From positions 8,812 to 72,811 of the forward strand of contig JAGSHN010000017.1 in assembly GCA_029855935.1 (NCBI GenBank): a DNA stretch of 64,000 bases, given 5' to 3'. The translations under genes and the position numbers were made by a program. This document shows, in pieces, positions 46,337 through 53,845 of the stretch. Within the stretch, counting starts at the first letter, position 1. Each line of letters starts with the position of its first letter. Source of the DNA: Candidatus Thorarchaeota archaeon (GTDB lineage Archaea > Asgardarchaeota > Thorarchaeia > Thorarchaeales > Thorarchaeaceae). The notes beneath the pieces were generated by a model. That model saw only the letters and a program-made list of their open reading frames with translations, searched no databases and had not been told where the DNA came from.

Positions 46337-49300
46337 TCACTTCTTGCGTTTCACCATCAGAGCCATCAGCACAATGACGAGAGCCAGTACTCCGACCACA
46401 CCGAGTAGCCCAAAGTCGAGAGACACCCCCGGACCTGGCGTGAATCCCGTGGTCGTAGAGGTCGTCTCCGTAGTGGTGGTCTCTGTGGTCGTCACTGTCA
46501 TGTCACTGACTGTGTAGCTCTGCTGCGCGGACTGTGATGACTTGCCCGCCGTGTCGTAGGCGACGACATAGTAGGTCACAACGGATCCATCCGCCTGCGG
46601 AGGAATCGTGCCAGTGTACTGGTTGCTGCCGATTGAAGACATCGTCACAGCAATCCACGCGCCACCGTCGACACTGTAGTACAGCGTGACATTGTACACA
46701 CCCATATCGTCCGTGACCGTCGCAGTGACTGTCACACTGTCACTCGACGTGGGCGATGCCTTGTCAATGGACACACTGGAGATTGTTGGCGGCGACACAT
46801 CGTCAGAGACCGTGTAGGATGCCTCCGCCGACTGCGATCTCTGCTCAAGGTTGTCATAGGCGACAACATAGAAGGTGACCACAGAGCCGTGTGGCTGCGC
46901 AGGGATGATGGCCCAGTAGGTGCTACCACTGGCCGTCATCAGGATACTGGTCCAGTTGCCGTCATCGACCTTGTAGTAGAGGGTCGCGTTCAGTATGGTG
47001 CCGTCGTCAAGGATAGTCACGCTGACGTTGACAGCATCCGAGGATGTCGGACTGGTGGGTGAGTAGCTCAGCGAGCCAATGCCCGGAGGCGTGTCACCCT
47101 CGGTGGAGAACCTGTACACGTACTGGTCGGTCGTGGCAACATTGCCCTGTCCGTCGGTCGCGCGTACACGATAGAAGACGTATGTACCAGGGGCTTGGTT
47201 TGGCACGGTGTAGCGCCACACATCCGCTCCCGAGTCGTATGTCATGTCCACGGTGGTGTCAGACCCGCTGATGGTGTAGATGAGTTGCACTGAGGAGAGT
47301 CCGGAGCCTCCGTTGTCGAAGACAGAGACCTCTACCACGAGGACCTCCTGACCACTGACCTCACCCTTGGTGCCGCTCACGTCAGAGATGACCGGAGCGA
47401 GATTGTCAGGAAAGTTGTAGTACATCGTTGACGACTCGATCATATTGCCGGCGGCGTCATAGACCCGGACCTTGTAGGCAGCAGTGTAGGCATAGTCACT
47501 GCTCCGGGTCAGATAGCCCTCCCACTGGCTGGTCGTGCTGTTGTAGTTCATTGAGATTGCCTCCTCGGTGTTCTGGATATATATCTCCACCCGGTCGACA
47601 CCAGAGTCGGTGTCCCTGGCCGATGCTGTGATCAGGACCGATGTCGATGTGGCGGTGCCTACGCCAATTGAGTCAATGGTCGGCGGTGTTGGGTCATTGT
47701 AGAAGGTATGGTCGATGGGTGAACTGGCAATGTAGTTGCCGGTGTAGTCCCGCACGTATACAACGAATGACGTACTGTACGGGTCCGTCCCGACCATCTC
47801 AACCGAGCCCTCCCATGTGTGCGTGTCGCCATTGTATTCGAGAGACACGTTCTGATGGAAGCCATCGGGATTGTAGACCCACACCTCTGCAACTCCTGAG
47901 CCACCAGTGTCGCTGGCAGCCACCTCGAAGCTGACTCGCTCCTTGCCGTCGACGAACCTCGTTGTTGCGGACAGCGAGTCGATGCTCGGGTCAGAATTGT
48001 CGGTCACCCCTCTTGAGGAGGAGTAGCTCACAAAGACCGGGTCCACCGACACCTTGTAGCCGTCCCACCACTTGTAGTTGATCAGTGTGTAGAACTGGCT
48101 CGTCGAGATCTCGAACGGAGTCGCCGTGACACCCATGTCTGACAGATACGCCTCCTCGAAGAGGTCGGCAGGTATGGTCTGAGCATCCACCGTGGTGTAC
48201 ATGGCGCTCCTGTTCCGGTCCCACTGATAGTGTACACCGCCGAGGTCCATCGACGCCACCTGAGCAGCAGCCGCCGCGACGGCGTATCTCGAAGACACAA
48301 CGGTCTGGTTGCCGCTGACCGGCTGACCGTGCTGGTCGAAATAGGTCGCATTGAGCGGCACACCGTTCTCAGACACCATCAGTACATCGGTGTAGAAGGC
48401 AATCCCAAGGCTACGGTTCTCCAACACACTGCGGCCTCCGGGAGCATCAGTGTCCCAGTTGCCAATGGTCACGTTGAACTTCACCGTGCCATTGTTTGAG
48501 CTGCCGCCCGTGAGGACACCTTGAAAAGCGGCGCCGAGCGAGATCTCGGAGACATTGGCGCGAACTGGTCGCTCATCGAAAGTCGAGAAGTCGCTGCCAG
48601 TCATCGCTCCTTGATACCAGTCCCAGTAGCTCTGAGTTCCGAACGGGTAGGCGGTTCCTGAGACGTTGTCGAAGGTCACACCAAATGGTACCGATGCGTT
48701 AAGGGGCCAGTTCTCTGAGCCGGATGTCAAGGAGGCATTCGGGGTGAGGAACTGAACTCCGCTCACGTCATCAGGCAGCCAGTAATGCGTGACCTCGCTG
48801 TTCTCTGGGTCATCAGGAATGAAGTCCATCACGTCGTTCTGGTTGTCATCCTCCCAAGAGAACAGACCAGCGTACTCGTACCACGAATCAACAGACATGA
48901 CGGAACCATTGCCCATATCCGACAGGTAGTGCTCGGAGAGCTCCCACCAGATCCAGCTCCACTCCTGCGAGTCCTGAATGGCCCAGTCCCAGCCTTCCTC
49001 CTCAGCCTCTTTCTTCAGGTCCTGCGAGGTGAAGTTCCGGGCCATCCACGCGACATCCCAGTAGCCCGGCCTCGGGTTGCCGGCATCGTCGAAGATTGTG
49101 GAGTTGATCTGCGCCCACTCTGCAGGGGTGACCACAGCACCACTGTCGGCCTTGTACCAAGTGTAGTTGTCAGACCAGAAGGTCGTCCAGTTCACGGTGA
49201 CTAGGCCCATGTAGGAGTCGACGTGGAACTCGTCGCCCACCTTGGTCGCATTGGGCTCCCACAGGATGGAGACCCATAGATACTGCTCCGTCTGGTTGTA

Positions 49301-52300
49301 GGTGTCCGTTGACTGGAATGTGTTTCTCACGTAGTACTGGTCGTTCGTTGTCGAGAGGTCCCCGTCAAGGTCGATTGCACCTGTATTAGGATCCTCTGTC
49401 CACGTCCTCATGTCCCAGAGGCCGAACTTCGGCGCGCCCACAATCACAGACCACTGCTGTCGCACAATCGTGATTGGGAGCGGAGCATAGTCCAGCTTCT
49501 TCCCAAGGCCCCAGAACTTGTAGACCTTGTAGATCATCTCACGTCCGCCTGTGACATTGTACGTTGTCGCTCCCATTGTGAAGTTGAACTGTGGGATGTC
49601 GTACCGGTGCTGTGAGTCATCGTGGTAGTCGACTATCTCGAACTCGTCTGTGGAGTTTACAAGCGCCGGATAAGACTCAACGATGAGGTTCTCATAGGGG
49701 CGCGACTCCCAAGAGTTCTTGTCAAAGTTGTACTGGTCGACGGTATAGGTCGTCTGGTTGCGCCAGACGCCCTGGAACAAGAACTGTGCGGGAGAGCCTG
49801 GCAGATAGTCGTCGGGTCTCATCGCCGTCACATTGACAATCTCCCCTGCCTCCCAAGTCAGCATCTGACCGTCGAGGTCCCAAGTGTAGAAGAACTCATG
49901 GACGTTGTGGCCCAGATCTTCATCATAGGGAGCGAAGTCGTATGCGTACGGTTCGGTCGTGTAGAAGACTGTCCCGTTCGAGAGAGTCACCTTGTAGAAC
50001 AGCGGCCGGTCAAAGTGAGTGTAGTTGAGAACACTCCCATCTGCAAGACGGGCAATCTCAGTGTCGCCTGTCCAGTCAGTGATACCCCCATCACCCCAGT
50101 CATTGAGCCAGCCGCTCTTCACATCGAACCATCCCTCGACCACGAACTCACGGGTATTGAGGTCCGTGTGGCCATAGGCAACGCGCCATCCGGCAAGGTT
50201 GATGGCCGGTACAGGTGTAGAGCCCCCAATATTAGTGCTCCACAGATAGTCGAATTCGTCCTTGGGCGCCCAGCTGTATGGTCTTCGTCCGAACTTGGTG
50301 AGATTGTAAGTCGTGCCATTGACAACTGCAGTGTAGAAGTCGTAGTCGTAGACATCTATGCCGTCGTCGTAGGTGTATGTACCATTGTATTGTGTGGCGG
50401 CCCACGTTTCGTTGATGAGGACGAAGATGTCTCCAGGGGTCTTGCTCTCAAGATCCCACGGATCCCAAGCGCCTGCGCCGGGATAGGGTAGCTCGTACTC
50501 GGTCCCGTTGATTGTGGTGAACGAGTAGGAGTCAAGGTACTTGTCCAGGGCAATCACGTGCTTTCCACTGAAGTTGCCCTCGTAGACTTGGAATGGCCAC
50601 ACTCCGTCCCAGAGCCAGTAGGTCGCTCCGTCGGTATGATTGACGTAATAGTACGCACTCCGATTGTACTCAGGACAGTGGCCCTTCCAGACCTCAATCT
50701 GTTCCCAAGTGCTGTTGATGTATATCACGTAGTGGTCATTATGCCACTCGGGCTCAGTTGCGTAGTAGATGACGGAGGAACCGTTTGCGATGACTCCCAG
50801 TCCGACAGGCTTCATCGGAATGGTGTCGAGGAGAACACTTGTGTAGTTCCATGGGTCTGGTCGGACAATCAGACTACCGTTGATGGCAGGCATATGTGAG
50901 TCCGTTCCGTTCCACCAGTGGTGATCCGTATAATTGCCAACTGATAGGAACGACTCACCAGTATCGAGGGTCGTGTTGTAGATCGGGGCGACCTTGCCGA
51001 ACTCTGCATACACTCTCGTTCCATTGAGGAGTTCGTAGTAGTGGACCCAGTTGCCCGAGTACTCTTGCCTGTGAGGGTCATACGCGTGGGGGTCCCACTC
51101 CTCGAACAGGATGTGCCGCCTTGTAGTCCCATCAGGCAGTGTCTCGGTGAACTCCTTGACGAAGTGCTTTTGACCTCCTATCATTACGTAGTGGTCAATC
51201 CGTGTGGGGTATATCACGTCGGTGTCGTTATTCCGCATCAATAGTGCCTTGAAGGGTGTGTCGACGTAGGTCCTCGTCCCGTTGTCGAGATAGCTGTACA
51301 CCAGCTGGTTGGTCCATCCAAGGGCCACGTGCTCGCCCCAGCCAGCCTCATAGTCGACAACCCACGTGAGGTTGCCGTAGTAGTAGTCCCAGTTCCACTC
51401 GAGCTCTGGCATGTCCGCCGTCGGCGTCACATCGAATGAGACCCTCAGGTCGTCTCCCTGTACGTAGTAGCTGAGATTTCCAACAAGGACGTAGGAGGCG
51501 GGCATCACTGTCTCATTACCGTGATAATGGACATACTCTGTTGTCCAGTTGTTAGTCTTGAAGTCCCAGACTAGGTCCTCCCAGTGCCACGTCGTCTCGT
51601 GGACCTGCCGCCACTCCCAGTATCCCGGAAAGACCTCAACATACTTCCATTCCCACGTCTCGCCATAGACGTACTGGACACGGTGCGTGTAGTTATAGAC
51701 CGTCACCTCAAATTGCCCAGCCGGGCTCGCCTTCATCCAGATCTCAACCTGTGCGTCTTGAGACCAGCTGGAGTTGTCAGTCTTGCCCCAGTCATAGGAC
51801 CATCCAGTCAGCACAAAGGCGACACCGTCGATGTCGTCTGCATAGGCCGCACCGCCCTGAAGGCGCGATGTCACCTCAAACGTGTCCCCGTGATCGGTTA
51901 GAAACATCCAAGATGGCTCGAAGGGCTGTCCCTTGTGAAGAAGTTTCACCACGGACACGGGTGTGTCCACAGCCAGTTGGTTGAACATGTCAGCACTAAA
52001 GGTCTCGTGTGCAACGAAGGGCAGGTAATCGAATCGTGGCAGATAGCGCCCGAATATGTCCGCGACCGAGACGTCCACCCGCAGTGACTGGGTAACTTCA
52101 TTGCTGGGGAGCGTGATGTTCTCCGACACGTGGCCTCTGAAGACCACCACCTCGTTGTCGCCGTCTGTGTAGTGCTCTGATGTTGTCCCGTTCAGCACGT
52201 ATACAATGGGCAATGTGCCATTGGTGGGGTAGGGCTCGTAGTACCACTTCATTGTCTCGAACCAATGGCCTCTGTCATCCTGAACGTACTCGGCCATCTG

Positions 52301-53602
52301 GTAGGCCAAGTAGGTGGACCACGTATCTGTACCAAACGAGTAGACGACGGCCTGAAAGAGGTTCGCCGTTCGATTCTCCGTCACACCCCTCTCGGGGTTG
52401 TACACCTGATACTCGAACCACGGGTCGGTGTACTTCTCCCGATTCTCCCAGTGGTAGCCCCAGCGTTCCTCGCTATACGTGACCACAATGGAATCATTCC
52501 AGTAGTAGGTGCCTGTGGCGGTGTCATACACCCAGCCGCCAGTGACGTTGTGCTCGACAACGTAGGGACCGTCAACGTATTCCCTGACGCTGACCACACT
52601 GGGCACGCTGAAGTACACAGAGGCGTTGTCGAGGTTCGTGCCGTGTATAGTCACCGTCGTGTTGAAGTCAACGCCACGGGTGGCAGAATATACAAAGTTG
52701 CCATCGTCGTCCACCCTGTCGGGCATGAAGTACCCGCCTATGGACTGGGCAAGGGCCTGATCCACCGGCATCCCTACAGCACGGTAGGTCAGCTCGTCCT
52801 CCCTGCTCTCCGCGAGCATATTGAGATTGTTGTCGAAGGCAATGGCGTGAAAGCCCCATAGACCCAGCGGGGCAGATGTGTTGAACCGCAGCTGGAACTG
52901 AGCCCAGATATTCTCGGGGCCCACGTAGAAGGCACAGGCTGGTTCATCCATCTCCATGAACGGATCCACTGGAGGCCCGAAGTAGTCCTCGAATGTCCAA
53001 CCCGGAGGCAGCTCCTGCGGAGGCTCCTCTATGGGAGTAAAGTTGTAGGTGGAATATATCTGCCATCGTGCAGTGGGAATCTCGTAGAAACCGATGAACT
53101 CTGTGGTAGCCGTATCTGAACCGCCAGGCATCCACATCTCCGACAGATTCAGGTACATGCCCGAGAATGCGACGGCATAGGGGACCTGGCCGCCAACCGC
53201 GGTCTTAGGTATCTTGAGTATGTAGTTCGCCCACCCATTGATGGCAACCGTATCATTCTTCTCAATCAGCTGGTCGGTTGTGGCGTTTCTTATCGTCCAC
53301 GTTATCCTCGGCCCGAACTGCCAATAGCTTGAGGAAAACGTGTCAGTCCACGCTTCGCTGTTTACTCCCTGCTCCCAGTCGACACGGGTATAGTTCTGGG
53401 GATAGTCAGCAGGCGACATCGCACGCGGGCCAGTGTCCAGAGGCACTACGTCCGGTGTGGACTCGCTGGCTGTGGGTGAGGTGTCGCTCATAATCGGTGA
53501 GGGGGAGAGGAACAACGAGAGCGCGAACAGAAATATGACTGACAGACCAATATGAGCAGCTCTCTTTTCCATCGTAAAGACTCCTATAGATTGTTCTCTC
53601 AA
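46337..53602 (-). CDS. Giant secreted surface protein (2421 aa), W/Y/N-rich, five C-terminal Ig-like modules, T-rich linker, TM anchor plus KRKK tail
   Basis: Signal-like N-terminus HIGLSVIFLFALSLFLSPSPIMS. Long blocks are shared with the 1945-aa protein, for example GGWVYDTATGTYYWN, YELPYPGAG, HYYELLNGT, AIDLDGDLSTTNDQYYV, EEEGWDWAIQDSQEW, YWDWYQGAMTGSDFSTFDERP, and WDGYKVSVDPVFVSYSSSRG. The C-terminus is ...TTTGFTPGPGVSLDFGLLGVVGVLALVIVLMALMVKRKK. Confidence 0.85.
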   Translation of the reverse strand: MREQSIGVFTMEKRAAHIGLSVIFLFALSLFLSPSPIMSDTSPTASESTPDVVPLDTGPRAMSPADYPQNYTRVDWEQGVNSEAWTDTFSSSYWQFGPRITWTIRNATTDQLIEKNDTVAINGWANYILKIPKTAVGGQVPYAVAFSGMYLNLSEMWMPGGSDTATTEFIGFYEIPTARWQIYSTYNFTPIEEPPQELPPGWTFEDYFGPPVDPFMEMDEPACAFYVGPENIWAQFQLRFNTSAPLGLWGFHAIAFDNNLNMLAESREDELTYRAVGMPVDQALAQSIGGYFMPDRVDDDGNFVYSATRGVDFNTTVTIHGTNLDNASVYFSVPSVVSVREYVDGPYVVEHNVTGGWVYDTATGTYYWNDSIVVTYSEERWGYHWENREKYTDPWFEYQVYNPERGVTENRTANLFQAVVYSFGTDTWSTYLAYQMAEYVQDDRGHWFETMKWYYEPYPTNGTLPIVYVLNGTTSEHYTDGDNEVVVFRGHVSENITLPSNEVTQSLRVDVSVADIFGRYLPRFDYLPFVAHETFSADMFNQLAVDTPVSVVKLLHKGQPFEPSWMFLTDHGDTFEVTSRLQGGAAYADDIDGVAFVLTGWSYDWGKTDNSSWSQDAQVEIWMKASPAGQFEVTVYNYTHRVQYVYGETWEWKYVEVFPGYWEWRQVHETTWHWEDLVWDFKTNNWTTEYVHYHGNETVMPASYVLVGNLSYYVQGDDLRVSFDVTPTADMPELEWNWDYYYGNLTWVVDYEAGWGEHVALGWTNQLVYSYLDNGTRTYVDTPFKALLMRNNDTDVIYPTRIDHYVMIGGQKHFVKEFTETLPDGTTRRHILFEEWDPHAYDPHRQEYSGNWVHYYELLNGTRVYAEFGKVAPIYNTTLDTGESFLSVGNYTDHHWWNGTDSHMPAINGSLIVRPDPWNYTSVLLDTIPMKPVGLGVIANGSSVIYYATEPEWHNDHYVIYINSTWEQIEVWKGHCPEYNRSAYYYVNHTDGATYWLWDGVWPFQVYEGNFSGKHVIALDKYLDSYSFTTINGTEYELPYPGAGAWDPWDLESKTPGDIFVLINETWAATQYNGTYTYDDGIDVYDYDFYTAVVNGTTYNLTKFGRRPYSWAPKDEFDYLWSTNIGGSTPVPAINLAGWRVAYGHTDLNTREFVVEGWFDVKSGWLNDWGDGGITDWTGDTEIARLADGSVLNYTHFDRPLFYKVTLSNGTVFYTTEPYAYDFAPYDEDLGHNVHEFFYTWDLDGQMLTWEAGEIVNVTAMRPDDYLPGSPAQFLFQGVWRNQTTYTVDQYNFDKNSWESRPYENLIVESYPALVNSTDEFEIVDYHDDSQHRYDIPQFNFTMGATTYNVTGGREMIYKVYKFWGLGKKLDYAPLPITIVRQQWSVIVGAPKFGLWDMRTWTEDPNTGAIDLDGDLSTTNDQYYVRNTFQSTDTYNQTEQYLWVSILWEPNATKVGDEFHVDSYMGLVTVNWTTFWSDNYTWYKADSGAVVTPAEWAQINSTIFDDAGNPRPGYWDVAWMARNFTSQDLKKEAEEEGWDWAIQDSQEWSWIWWELSEHYLSDMGNGSVMSVDSWYEYAGLFSWEDDNQNDVMDFIPDDPENSEVTHYWLPDDVSGVQFLTPNASLTSGSENWPLNASVPFGVTFDNVSGTAYPFGTQSYWDWYQGAMTGSDFSTFDERPVRANVSEISLGAAFQGVLTGGSSNNGTVKFNVTIGNWDTDAPGGRSVLENRSLGIAFYTDVLMVSENGVPLNATYFDQHGQPVSGNQTVVSSRYAVAAAAAQVASMDLGGVHYQWDRNRSAMYTTVDAQTIPADLFEEAYLSDMGVTATPFEISTSQFYTLINYKWWDGYKVSVDPVFVSYSSSRGVTDNSDPSIDSLSATTRFVDGKERVSFEVAASDTGGSGVAEVWVYNPDGFHQNVSLEYNGDTHTWEGSVEMVGTDPYSTSFVVYVRDYTGNYIASSPIDHTFYNDPTPPTIDSIGVGTATSTSVLITASARDTDSGVDRVEIYIQNTEEAISMNYNSTTSQWEGYLTRSSDYAYTAAYKVRVYDAAGNMIESSTMYYNFPDNLAPVISDVSGTKGEVSGQEVLVVEVSVFDNGGSGLSSVQLIYTISGSDTTVDMTYDSGADVWRYTVPNQAPGTYVFYRVRATDGQGNVATTDQYVYRFSTEGDTPPGIGSLSYSPTSPTSSDAVNVSVTILDDGTILNATLYYKVDDGNWTSILMTASGSTYWAIIPAQPHGSVVTFYVVAYDNLEQRSQSAEASYTVSDDVSPPTISSVSIDKASPTSSDSVTVTATVTDDMGVYNVTLYYSVDGGAWIAVTMSSIGSNQYTGTIPPQADGSVVTYYVVAYDTAGKSSQSAQQSYTVSDMTVTTTETTTTETTSTTTGFTPGPGVSLDFGLLGVVGVLALVIVLMALMVKRKK
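46502..47992 (-). repeat. Five tandem Ig-like/FN3-like modules of about 100 aa at the C-terminus of the 2421-aa protein
   Basis: Module pattern: PPxIxSxS...SDxVxVxxxVxDxxGxxxVxLxYxxxxxxWxxxxMxxxxxxxYxGxIPxxxxGxxVxYYVxAxDxxG. The last two modules are the most similar (...SYTVSDDVSPPTISSVSIDKASPTSSDSVTVTATVTDDMGVYNVTLYYSVDGGAWIAVTM...). One homologous module lies in the 1945-aa gene at about 40351-40647. Confidence 0.75.
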
Positions 53603-53749
53603 GTGACGCTATGATCAGTAGACCTGCAGCAGAAGAGACTCTCCGTGGCGTGCCAGACTCAGCACAGTATTCGACGCGTCCCAGTTCAGGGGACAGCAGG
53701 CGAAGAACTCCTCTGTGACAGCGCTAGCAACGCTCTTGAGTTTCAGAGA

Positions 53750-53758
53750 AATATAAGG
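53750..53758 (-). promoter_or_regulatory. TATA-like box CCTTATATT upstream of the 2421-aa gene
   Basis: The plus strand reads aatataagg, 148-156 nt upstream of the ATG at 53602. It is identical to the box at 46182-46190. Confidence 0.35.
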
Positions 53759-53845
53759 GTTGGTCGGACATACTCCGGCGCTCTATATGTCATCTGAATT
53801 GATGGTGGGAAGGAACTGCCGGGTCCACCCCGGCCATTGGCAGCA

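Noticed and set aside
46340-46501. Calling the giant-protein C-termini canonical PGF-CTERM signals
   Set aside because: The sequences (GFTPGPGVSLDFG..., GGSGIAFGGETT...) do not contain the PGF tripeptide in the expected position. Only the general tripartite layout matches, so it is reported as a possibility rather than a feature.
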